Origin: Anaerolineae bacterium
GTDB lineage: Bacteria; Chloroflexota; Anaerolineae; Aggregatilineales; J027
Direction: 5' to 3'
Length of the DNA stretch: 64,000 nucleotides
NCBI GenBank assembly: GCA_019913005.1
Contig: JAIOHL010000124.1
Coordinates: 31,107 to 95,106 of the forward strand
How positions within the stretch are numbered: position 1 is the stretch's first letter; the number at the start of each line of letters is the position of its first letter. The translations under genes were made by a program, and so were the position numbers. Below are positions 19,501-27,075 of this stretch, piece by piece. The notes beneath the pieces are model-generated. The model worked only from the letters and a program-made list of their open reading frames with translations. It did no database searches and was not told the DNA's origin.

Positions 19501-20972
19501 CGCTGTCCGGCCTCGCCTGTGCTGGCAACCAAGACAGCATACTCGCCAAGATCATCCATTAAGAAAACTTGGGAGTGGTAGTAATCGAATTGTTCGATAA
19601 TGCGGTTAATGGTGCGATTCAAAACAAGACTTTGGTCGCGCAATCCGGTAATTTCGCGGCTGATTTCCGCAACAAGGTCAAGGTCACGGATACGGGCTTG
19701 TACCCTCGCCTGCAAATCATCCACCAACGTTTGGGTGCGCTCGGTAACATTATTAAACAAGGTGGCAACCCGACCAAATTCGTTGGATTCGACAGCGGGG
19801 AGTCGGACAGTCAAATCACCGCGATTGACCCGCGCCAAGCCATCCGCAATGGTTTCAAAACGGCGAGAAATCTGAGTGGTCTCATACCACAACAAGATAC
19901 CTGTGATACCGAGCAAGCCGAGAAATATGGCCGCGAATATCCCTAGTGCCAAGCGGGTTGGGCCAGCGACTTCACTGGCTTCCATAGACACGATCACCGT
20001 CCATACTGGCTGACTGGTCGTATCCGATAGGCTGGAAAAGGGTCGTGTAATAGAAGTGGCCGCCAAATAATCGGTGTTATTTTGGCGATACTCAATGGCT
20101 TCTTGAGGGAAGTCGGTTAGCAACGTATTTGCCAATGAACCCGTTAGTTGTTCGCCAACCGAGGTCGAGCGACCATAGAGTAAATTTGGCTCGGAGGCCG
20201 CAATATAATAACCATCCTCATCTACCACATGAATAATTTCATCACTGCTTTCGCGTTCTGTAATGCCCCGAACAAGCCAATCTATGTCCATATCTATGGC
20301 GAGAAGGGCAATTACGGTATTTGTTTCGTCCAAGATAGGAGTCGTCAACGTCACGATTTGCTGGAAGGGTTCTGTTGGACGGCCCGTGGCATCTCGCACC
20401 ACCACCACATCCGAAATCCAGAACTGTCCTGTACGGCGCAATTGCAGACCCGACTGAACAAATTCTTCGCTGCGGCGATTTCTGAGATCGGAGATTGACA
20501 CAATCTCGATATTGTCGGTTCGCCCCGAACGCTCCAAAGCCACCAATTCACGCCCACTGATGCCGACCAATCGGATCGCGTGATAGAGGGGCCGACCAAT
20601 GAGCAGTTCCTCAAATCTCCGCGTGACAGATTCGCGGGCGAGATTGTCTACCTCGCCACTGGTGCTGCGGCGATCCAGTACATCAACAATGCTGGGGGTA
20701 ATATAATTGGTAGCAAGGTTATCGAAGTCGGCGGCTACGATTTCAAACGGAACGCTCAACTGCTCACCATTTTCATCCGCATGTTCGCTCAAGTCGTCGT
20801 TGACATTGGTACGCACGACGTTGTTGATCTGGGTAGTGACAGCAATCAATACTAAGAAAGACATCACCACAAACGCTGTAATAATTATCAGCAGTTGTGT
20901 GCGGAAGGGACGGTTAATGAACCAACGAAATGGCCCAAAGCTAGAATGTGGCTGTATTTTTCGGTCTTGCAT
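13566..20972 (-). CDS. Giant membrane-bound hybrid histidine kinase: TM-Cache-TM-HAMP-~9 GAF (one degenerate)-PAS-HisKA-HATPase-REC
   Basis: Repeated LA(I/V)A(I/V)(E/D)NxxL GAF ends; PAS (LEAMPAGV...FQEIT) lying within the GAF array; SHELRTPLNS, NLISNAAKFT, DTGIGI and GTGLGL boxes; terminal receiver AIDD...LLDINMP...KP. Confidence 0.93.
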   Translation of the reverse strand: MQDRKIQPHSSFGPFRWFINRPFRTQLLIIITAFVVMSFLVLIAVTTQINNVVRTNVNDDLSEHADENGEQLSVPFEIVAADFDNLATNYITPSIVDVLDRRSTSGEVDNLARESVTRRFEELLIGRPLYHAIRLVGISGRELVALERSGRTDNIEIVSISDLRNRRSEEFVQSGLQLRRTGQFWISDVVVVRDATGRPTEPFQQIVTLTTPILDETNTVIALLAIDMDIDWLVRGITERESSDEIIHVVDEDGYYIAASEPNLLYGRSTSVGEQLTGSLANTLLTDFPQEAIEYRQNNTDYLAATSITRPFSSLSDTTSQPVWTVIVSMEASEVAGPTRLALGIFAAIFLGLLGITGILLWYETTQISRRFETIADGLARVNRGDLTVRLPAVESNEFGRVATLFNNVTERTQTLVDDLQARVQARIRDLDLVAEISREITGLRDQSLVLNRTINRIIEQFDYYHSQVFLMDDLGEYAVLVASTGEAGQRLLAKKHKLAVGSNSVIGRVTALGVTVIAGDTTSTEVPWQPNVELPNTRSEMALPLKVEDRVIGALDIQSIRPEAYSPEDIEIFQVLADQLAIAINNARLIEELEQRVDEVALLNQRLTEKAWEEFARIQPDDVQLGYQYDLIGVKPIQPDTPENGNLLPPPSDEHSVYSTQISVGGKPIGQIETKAPQRAQLSKDEQALIDAVAVRVALAVDNARLFQQTQMALGESQRLYEMARTVSSAAELNIEAVYALITEQLGYYENLDSLAILLADPFPSHLAPNVIVAHLWSRIGSISAWETGQRVPLLQQGLSAQFELAPRSPMLIHAHELNDLEDTDQILGYLLRTFNAETLYLMPLVTGAKWFGVLVCSSQTPRAFSENYMSFTSAVGDQLAIAVENRRLLEEVQKEARRALALADAGQLASRISTDFESDVNRLFRAVSDPGDFGRWWFGVLDTDGQSLRQVAAFSPQESGDTPFMPQRMNLKRDRNAVTESVLIRQVVLVNERVHPTFGKLSAQEHIVYGKHLAVPVMTSNEVVIGALLIGRRASQHDLDERDIQLATTLASQLAIATENQRLFAAIENQRQTLQSTLEAMPAGVLLLAPRGNSLLSNQRAVDLFGGGVNKALFSSNTFPIYKLGTDELYPSEEFPTTIALREGAIVSAENISVEYPDGRRVDLLANVAPIRNEGGEISSVVAVFQEITELRELEKALQDSLSETTALYEANRQITSASSVNDLANVLVNQLLTLMPNQVYVVLQEGMDRGPLQTRVVAAWPESYAGVTDVDLLALPRNLLMSEEPIIVSNIDQSIGFLDQTLEFNMRLQAIQSGIQSFASIPLRARGRTLGWFAVVYFDKHSFMAEDRRFMTAIADQTALALDSIFLFQSTQDALRAVANLYRSSRRIAEARDLEEMLDTIRMELLNFNPERVDVLLQRTQEDIASFYFGLEWSKDPLFAEIPSLPLVPKTGEPIGDFDPMTRDEYYIQSIDDESEATMNQIVRQLRAIQTPYQSILSVPLSVGGRVVGRISMGFREVHIFTPDEYQFITTLADAAAYLVENDLLFRQTQESLEETGVLYQASRAIANAESRDEIVQSVIDYAADALVDKVFLLSLRSEDWNSENAELEIATSWGRDQLVDLQGLRFTRNQLPFWNDLATVRMKWVDDVSRDPAISTDARLGYKALRISSFVIVPLRTPTRLIGAILLASAETREHQEREIRIYQSLADLAAVQLENKRLFEQTELRARQLTTSAQVSRAATSILNLDELFPRVVDLIREAFQYDHVQIFMVDAAGQKAILRASTGEAGQKLLSLNHSLPVGSRSVIGQTTSRGMPVLVADTALSETHRPNPHLPDTRSEIAFPLVVKGRVVGALDVQSNQAGLFTEDDVQALTTMADQLAVAIDNAQLFEISQQRAGEMAFLFDVTTFAAAMPNLSVMLETVSQVLANRMDASSVVFFLNEVGRNRLAAQAMVIAVQEGDSQTLHSIEPTVKVAIGEGLAGQVAETRAPIIVPNFELGPYTPMDVSARSAIYLPMTSGESLIGVMGLEGQREAQFGEDTLRLLQALSTAVSAVVQSTLLVEELQRTNERLREIDQLKTNFLAAMSHELRTPLNSIIGFSSVILKGIDGPINDMQKQDIQIIHSSGKHLLGLVNDILDQAKIEAGKMELSLDYFELAPVIKGVMSSAIGLTRDKNLRLHTEIEESIDKAFGDEFRTRQILFNLISNAAKFTEQGSITLSAFIENGVEPPMITVAVRDTGIGIPQEYLNTIFEAFQQIDNSTTRSAEGTGLGLPLSQSLAELQGGRLWVESQEGVGSTFYVTIPLGPPPPSAAEIAEEEMSDTREFGTDFNNLVDEIKAERQPSRQKVILAIDDELGMINLYRRYLTKEGWQVIGLTNPEEAEEMVANHNPMMILLDINMPNRNGWQVLEKLKDNDQTYHIPVIVCSISTDTQHSYRLGATNHLVKPFVETDLIKAVRETEANLAS

Positions 20973-21001
20973 AAAAGCCTCTTGAACGCCTCAGGTGCGT
21001 T

Positions 21002-23194
21002 TTATTGGGAGGTCAATGGGTCAATGTTTAACGAAATGGTGGTTTCTGGCGTACCGAGTGCAAGGCCCAACTCCTTGACCGCCACCTGCAAAATCTGTCG
21101 AAAATCGGTTTGAATGCTCAGTTTTTGCGAAATCTCATTGAGCAGCCGTTCACGCTCAATTAACTGCTGGCTTTGTTCAAACAACCGCGCATTTTCCGCC
21201 GCAATTGCAAACCGCTCCACCAATTCTTCTGCCGTTTGCAGCATCCCTTGATTAAATTGGGCTACCTCAACGGTACATTCAATCGCGCCGATCACCTCAC
21301 CACGCAAAACAACTGGCAAGGCAAAGGCAATCTGATTTTCGGTTACTTTGGCTGTCACCGGTTTGCGGCGTTGGATGGCCTGCTTTTGCAAAAACGTCCA
21401 ATCTTTTAACGCGGCGGGCTGTCCTCCGGTGCTATAGGCAAGGTCGTGATGCTGCGTGAAATATTCCTGCCAACCTTCACGTGCCGCCTGCGGGCTTTGA
21501 ACATCGCCATTCGCACCATTTAAGGATGACTCGCCGACTAACAGACCAAACAAGCCAGTGGCGAGTTCGGTGGTCAGCGCCAAGAAAAAGCTAAAGTCGC
21601 GTTCCGAAAATGCCTCTAGCGCAACGCTGTGCAAATCTAAGATGCCGATTAGTTGCTCACGTGCAAACATGGGCACGGCCAGTTCGGTGCGGGTGTGTTT
21701 AAAAACATCATGTTTGGTATAGATCGGTGCTTTTTCATAATCCACGACCAATACCGGACGATTTAGCATAGCGGCGTGGCCTATTGGGGTCTGATTATCT
21801 AATCCAACACGATAACCCTGTACAAATAGGCGGCGACCTTGTTCACCCGTGCCAACCCGCATGACCGCGCTGTTGGTGGCCTCGTCTATTAGAAATACTT
21901 GAGCATAATCTACGTTAGGATAGTGTTGGCGCACCGAGCGCACAAATTCTTCGAGCAAAACATTCGCTTCAGAGACGGTTCGCAGCAAACCAGCCGTCTC
22001 CGTAAATAGGCCGACCTGCTTGGATAGCCGCGTTTGGCGGGCTTCGGCATCGGCGACGCTATTTTGAAAGACAGTGGTCAGGTCTACAAACGTATTATGC
22101 ACCTGCCCAATTTCATCGGAGCGTTTGATAGTCGAGAAATCAGGGTCACGTTCACTTAGGGCAAATTCGACCATCATGCGGTTTAGGCGGGACAACGGCG
22201 GGACAATTTGTTGATAGGTCAGCAGTAACCACACGGCACTTGGAACAAGTAGCAGCACAATCGCCCCACCTATCACCAAAGGGATATAAGTGCTTACGAG
22301 TGGGTTGACCACTTCGGAAAAACGCATTTCCGTGACCAGAATCCACGATGTACCCCCCACGCGCTGATACGTACCTATCACATCTGCCCGCAGTAAGGGG
22401 CTTTCATAGCGTTGGGGGTCAAGCCGGGCACTGTTGTCGGACAAAGCCGGATGCCGACGGTAATTCTGGAAAACCAAGACCCCGCGTTCGCTGGTTACAA
22501 GCAACTGCCCATTCTCATCCAACAAGAAAAGGTCGGCGTTGGGTAAATTTTGGAGTTCGGGTTGTTCACCAAAACCGCGCAGGATGTTCGGTAGATTGTC
22601 CGTCGCCTCGCTGTCGAGATTTTGGGTCAGCACCACATAGCCAATCTGCTGATTGTCTCCCTGAATCGGCACAATAATATCAAGCAGGGGTTCATTAAAT
22701 GGGCCGGGATAAATTGAGCCGATGGTCGTATCGGTGATCTTGCGACTGATAATTTCCAACGACTTTTGATTGACCTCGATATTGGCTTGGCCTGCCTGTG
22801 CTACGGTAATCAGACTTGGATGCATCAGGCGAATACGCACAAGAGATAAATTGCTCGACCAAATACGGTCAAGGGTCTGATTTGCTTGTTGAATCGCGGA
22901 GGGGTTGGTACCGTTGATGTCAAGGGCGGCCTGATAGAGTGCAACATCGTATGGCTGAACAGCTAGGTTGGTGGACGCCGTCGTCAGGTCATCAAGCCGC
23001 TGTGCAAAAGTTTCGGCCTTAACATCAGTAATAATTTCAACAGTGTCTTCCGCTTGATTGGTCTGGGCTTGAAAGCGCAACGTTAGGGCAATTATGCCAA
23101 TAATAATCAGGGGAATCAAAATGGTCAGCAGGAAACCGAGGCTAAATTTCGCCCGCAGAGGCCAATCAAAAGGTCGGGGCAGATTACGTTCCAC
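21002..23194 (-). CDS. Kinase-less membrane sensor: TM-Cache-like-TM-HAMP-GAF-degenerate GAF-stub
   Basis: Two TMs, HAMP (PLSRL...DEIGQV), GAF (GTGEQGRRL...TRTELAVP) and FAIAAENARLF. No H-box or ATPase motifs. Confidence 0.85.
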   Translation of the reverse strand: MERNLPRPFDWPLRAKFSLGFLLTILIPLIIIGIIALTLRFQAQTNQAEDTVEIITDVKAETFAQRLDDLTTASTNLAVQPYDVALYQAALDINGTNPSAIQQANQTLDRIWSSNLSLVRIRLMHPSLITVAQAGQANIEVNQKSLEIISRKITDTTIGSIYPGPFNEPLLDIIVPIQGDNQQIGYVVLTQNLDSEATDNLPNILRGFGEQPELQNLPNADLFLLDENGQLLVTSERGVLVFQNYRRHPALSDNSARLDPQRYESPLLRADVIGTYQRVGGTSWILVTEMRFSEVVNPLVSTYIPLVIGGAIVLLLVPSAVWLLLTYQQIVPPLSRLNRMMVEFALSERDPDFSTIKRSDEIGQVHNTFVDLTTVFQNSVADAEARQTRLSKQVGLFTETAGLLRTVSEANVLLEEFVRSVRQHYPNVDYAQVFLIDEATNSAVMRVGTGEQGRRLFVQGYRVGLDNQTPIGHAAMLNRPVLVVDYEKAPIYTKHDVFKHTRTELAVPMFAREQLIGILDLHSVALEAFSERDFSFFLALTTELATGLFGLLVGESSLNGANGDVQSPQAAREGWQEYFTQHHDLAYSTGGQPAALKDWTFLQKQAIQRRKPVTAKVTENQIAFALPVVLRGEVIGAIECTVEVAQFNQGMLQTAEELVERFAIAAENARLFEQSQQLIERERLLNEISQKLSIQTDFRQILQVAVKELGLALGTPETTISLNIDPLTSQ

Positions 23195-23195
23195 G

Positions 23196-24878
23196 TTAAT
23201 TCACCTCTACTTCAACACCGGGTTGTGCTTCAATCTCGGTGGGTACACCCAGTCGGACAAGTGTCTGGTCAGTGCCAAGCGAACGATTAAACACTTGCGA
23301 GGTCACATTCACCAAACGGGCCAGATTACGGGCATCCTGCAATTCTGCCGCGACCTGACTCACCAGTTGTTCACGCACCGCCACCCGCTGGACTTCATCA
23401 AATAGACGCATATTTTCAAGGGCCAACGCCAAACGGTTGGTCACTTCTTTGACAAATTCGACTGTTTGGTTTGACCATCCCTCACCACTGTTTTCAAAAA
23501 TAACTTCCCCAATCGTTTGAGAACCAACCGTCAGCGGGACCATCATGCGCTGACCACTGCCTGTTTGATCTAATTGAGGAGCATCTGATAGGGGGGTCGT
23601 CGCAGGCTGCCAGCGGCGCAAGGTGCCTTTATCCCACTGAAAAGCGGTAAGACGTCCACTTTGAGACAGATATGACCCCCACGCCACCCCAACATTTTCT
23701 TGGCTCATACGGCTGACTTCGGCCTGATAGCGCAGTGCTGAGACATTGGCCGCGTCCATTTCTTGGCGAAGTTGTTCAAAATCTGTCCCCAATGTTTCAC
23801 GTTGGAGGGCCGTCGCCAGTTGATAAGCCGCCGCTTGATAAAGCTCGACCTCCCCCTGCGTCGGAATGACATTACTCGAAAGCTGCAAATCCAGCACTCC
23901 GATACACTGACCGTCGCTGGTCAAAAGTGGGAAAGCCAATTCACTGTTGGTCGAAGGCAAAAATGCCTCACGCTGCGGTACGGACACATTCCGATTAAGA
24001 TTCACCGCCGATTTGCGGCGATAGGCTTGGGCAGGGCCGCTTGGGTTATCAAGGTCAATACGATAGGCCTCACGCAACAAACGCTGACCACTAAGGCCAG
24101 TCGCGGCAATTAGTACAAGGCGAGGTGTTTCGCCCTGTAAACGATAGATGAGCACATGGTCAACTTTTAGTTCGACGCGCATGAGGTCGGCAACGGCTTG
24201 GAGGGATTGCGAGACTAAGCGTTTTTCATTTAGCTCCGCACTAACCTTTGCCAAGCCGACAATGGACTGTTGAACGTCATCATAACGCTTGACGAACTGG
24301 GCAATATAGTCGAGAAATTGATAGATCAACACCGCTGCAAGTATCAATGAGGGATAAAAAACGGTGGCGATATTGCCCGCTAATTCACGTGAGGGAATCG
24401 GTGATTCAAATGAGTTTGAACTGGTCTGAAAGGCTAAGGTGGTAATTGCTACCCCGGCAAAAAATAGCGTCGCCAACACCAACCCGCGTACACCAATTAG
24501 CAAACTCGCGGTGAGGATGGGCACAATAAACAGCAGAATGATGATGCTATCGGCACGATAATCCAGCACAAAAATCGTAAAATAGGTGATGGCAATCGCC
24601 AGCGTCATGGCGTAAGCCGCAGTGGACAAGCGACCAATCTGCACCAACCACCCAATGCCAATCATCGCAACCGTAACAGGAAGTAACAGCAAGGTATAGC
24701 CGGTTGGGATGGCTGCATTATCCGCAAGGTCTTGGACGGCCAAAACCAAAATGGTGGCAGTGAGCAAAATAGCGATTACCACACTCAACAGCAAAATCGT
24801 GCGGGCGCGACGCAGATCGTCAGGGGATGTGTAGGGGTATCGAACTTGGAATAGGTTGGAGATAAAATTTATACGCAT
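23196..24878 (-). CDS. Kinase-less multi-TM GAF protein
   Basis: About 6 N-terminal TMs, GAF (ATGLSGQRLL...TNSELAFP) and LALALENMRLF. TAATG overlap with the upstream gene supports the start at 24878. Confidence 0.82.
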   Translation of the reverse strand: MRINFISNLFQVRYPYTSPDDLRRARTILLLSVVIAILLTATILVLAVQDLADNAAIPTGYTLLLLPVTVAMIGIGWLVQIGRLSTAAYAMTLAIAITYFTIFVLDYRADSIIILLFIVPILTASLLIGVRGLVLATLFFAGVAITTLAFQTSSNSFESPIPSRELAGNIATVFYPSLILAAVLIYQFLDYIAQFVKRYDDVQQSIVGLAKVSAELNEKRLVSQSLQAVADLMRVELKVDHVLIYRLQGETPRLVLIAATGLSGQRLLREAYRIDLDNPSGPAQAYRRKSAVNLNRNVSVPQREAFLPSTNSELAFPLLTSDGQCIGVLDLQLSSNVIPTQGEVELYQAAAYQLATALQRETLGTDFEQLRQEMDAANVSALRYQAEVSRMSQENVGVAWGSYLSQSGRLTAFQWDKGTLRRWQPATTPLSDAPQLDQTGSGQRMMVPLTVGSQTIGEVIFENSGEGWSNQTVEFVKEVTNRLALALENMRLFDEVQRVAVREQLVSQVAAELQDARNLARLVNVTSQVFNRSLGTDQTLVRLGVPTEIEAQPGVEVEVN

Positions 24879-25987
24879 TACATTTCTACCCATTCATCAT
24901 CATTGGCTGGCATGTGGACGGGCGAAGACTCCTCTAGAGACTCATCGACCACGGACGGCACAAGCCGAATGAACCCCCGATCAGCCCCCAAAATACGGCT
25001 TAATTCAGCCAGCGATGTGCTTAAAATGGTTTCGACATCAGAAATTCCCTGAAACTTAGCCGTGATGGAATTGATAAACGATTGATAGCGGGCGTTACGC
25101 TGGGCTTCTTCAAATAATTGGGCATTTTGGATGCTGACAGCAATTTGGGCTGCAATTGCGGTCAAAATCTCAATCTCGGCTGCCGTAAAATGATGGACTT
25201 GAGTCAGTGCATCCAACCCCAGTGAACCTAAAAATTGATTTTGGACAAACAGTGGCAAAATCATGACCGACTTGATGCCAAAAGCCATCAGGGTCTCGCG
25301 GTTTGGCCCCAATTCCTCAACCGCCTCCGCCACACTGTCAATAACAAACGGGGCAAGCGTTTCTTTTTGTTTTTCATAGACCACATACCCTGCTAATTGA
25401 ATTTTTTGTCCAATCGCGCCGGTAATAGGATATTCCGCCAAAACTGTGCCATAGTCGGGGGCATGATCGTTAATCACAATCCCCACATGGTCAATCCCCT
25501 GTAGCGCCTCAACAATACTTTGACAGGCGGCCACCAGCACCGCTTCACTGGCAAGCTCGGCGCTAACTCGTTGGGCCACCTGAGAAAGCCCCTCATAGAG
25601 TTCAAGGCGTTCACTCAAAAACGAATCTGTATGTGTCCGGCTGGTAATGGTTTGTTGAAGTTGCCACTGTTGGGTTACGATTTGCGCCCATAATTGGCCT
25701 GCTTCCCAAAAAGATTCTGGATGCTGTCCGGAGAGGGTTAGCTCTAGGGTATAGCCACTCATAGGGAGAGACCAAATTTCACCATTGGAGCGAACCGAGC
25801 GAGTGGCAGATAATAGGGAGGATGTTTGAGAAATCAAACGGTGGCTAGTGAAGGACGGCCATTCGGTTTCAGCCGCCCGGAAAGCAGTTTCGATAAACTG
25901 TTCCAGACTGCTCACCTGCGCTGCTTGGGACGGTAAATCGCGGATAATGGTTCTGAGAGAAGCCAAATAAGCCAGCGCATCTTGCAT
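24878..25987 (-). CDS. Soluble GAF-domain protein without an output domain
   Basis: GAF (GIDHVGIVI...ILPLFVQNQFLGSL...IAVSIQNAQLF) followed by the same terminal stub as its neighbours. Confidence 0.82.
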   Translation of the reverse strand: MQDALAYLASLRTIIRDLPSQAAQVSSLEQFIETAFRAAETEWPSFTSHRLISQTSSLLSATRSVRSNGEIWSLPMSGYTLELTLSGQHPESFWEAGQLWAQIVTQQWQLQQTITSRTHTDSFLSERLELYEGLSQVAQRVSAELASEAVLVAACQSIVEALQGIDHVGIVINDHAPDYGTVLAEYPITGAIGQKIQLAGYVVYEKQKETLAPFVIDSVAEAVEELGPNRETLMAFGIKSVMILPLFVQNQFLGSLGLDALTQVHHFTAAEIEILTAIAAQIAVSIQNAQLFEEAQRNARYQSFINSITAKFQGISDVETILSTSLAELSRILGADRGFIRLVPSVVDESLEESSPVHMPANDDEWVEM

Positions 25988-26089
25988 ACGAGTTTCACCG
26001 TTTCAAACCGACTGAGTTCTCCTCAATAGGCTGTCTAATAGGATGAGGAAAATCCCCTGAAGTATTTAAAGGATTCTAGCAATAACACT

Positions 26090-26521
26090 TTATTTCCATT
26101 CCCATACCTGTTCCCCTTGCAACAGACGTTCAATCTGATACGGGAAACGGTCAGGGTCTAGTGGTTTACCTAAAAAGCCATCAAAACCTGCTTCTTTGGC
26201 CTTGCGCATTTGTTCTTCATTCGCCTCGGCAGTTACGGCAACGACGACGGTATCACGCAGTCGTTCGTGAGCACGAACCTTTTGCAACGCTTGGTAACCA
26301 TCTTCATAGGGGAGTCTAATGTCCATCAAAATGAGATCAATGCGGGGCAGCGTATCGGCAAACTGAACGACCTGCCACCCAGATGTCTTCCACTCGCAGC
26401 GTTGGACTCCCATGAAAGCCAACATACGGGCGATCAACACAAAATTCGGCACATTATCTTCTACCACCAGCACATGCGCTTCGCCGGGGTCAACTGAAGT
26501 GCGGTGTCTCGCATCGGTCAT
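26090..26521 (-). CDS. Single-domain response regulator
   Basis: VLVVEDN, LMDIRLP, AVTA and GKP receiver motifs. Confidence 0.92.
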   Translation of the reverse strand: MTDARHRTSVDPGEAHVLVVEDNVPNFVLIARMLAFMGVQRCEWKTSGWQVVQFADTLPRIDLILMDIRLPYEDGYQALQKVRAHERLRDTVVVAVTAEANEEQMRKAKEAGFDGFLGKPLDPDRFPYQIERLLQGEQVWEWK

Positions 26522-26898
26522 ACGCTTTTTCGGCTCCTCAAATAGTGAAGAATCTGGTCTGAAAAGCGGTCAATATCTATTGGTTTAATTATATAACCAT
26601 CACAGCCAGCCTCAAGTGTTATGTCTAAATCAGACTGCATGGCGTTGGCTGTTAGAGCCACCACCGGGATACGCTGTAGGGCCGAGCTTTCACGGATCAT
26701 GCGGGTGGCGGTCAAGCCGTTGATATTCGGCATACTAATATCCATCAAGATTAAGTCCGGTGGATTTTTTAAGGCCAATTGGATCCCCAATTCCGCATTA
26801 TCGGCCTCCTCAAATTCATAGCCTTCTGCCAACAGAATCCGACGCACCAACAACCGATTTTCAAAATTGTCTTCGATGTACAAAATACGTGCTGGCAT
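26518..26898 (-). CDS. Single-domain response regulator, DivK-like (start MPARILY at 26898)
   Basis: ILYIEDN, LMDISMP, ALTANA and IKPID motifs; ATGA overlap with the next regulator. Confidence 0.92.
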   Translation of the reverse strand: MPARILYIEDNFENRLLVRRILLAEGYEFEEADNAELGIQLALKNPPDLILMDISMPNINGLTATRMIRESSALQRIPVVALTANAMQSDLDITLEAGCDGYIIKPIDIDRFSDQILHYLRSRKSV

Positions 26899-26979
26899 TA
26901 GGTCAGAACTCCCCAGCTTGAGTACCCTATCACAACAGATCGAAATGAACAATCGTCGTAGAATTAGTTTAACATAAAT

Positions 26980-27044
26980 TTTCTATTGTGTCTGTCTTAA
27001 ATCTACCGAATTTCGCTTGATTTGCCAAACAGACACAATAGAAA
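26980..27044. repeat. Perfect 16-bp inverted repeat with a 33-bp, partly self-complementary spacer
   Basis: TTTCTATTGTGTCTGT (26980-26995) and ACAGACACAATAGAAA (27029-27044). Confidence 0.9.
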
Positions 27045-27075
27045 TTTCACAGAAAATTCACGCGGGGAGGAGAGT

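Noticed and set aside
25995-26085. Weak inverted repeat (TTCTCCTCA/TGAGGAAAA) and doubled AATAGG in the intergenic gap
   Set aside because: Short and imperfect; could arise by chance.
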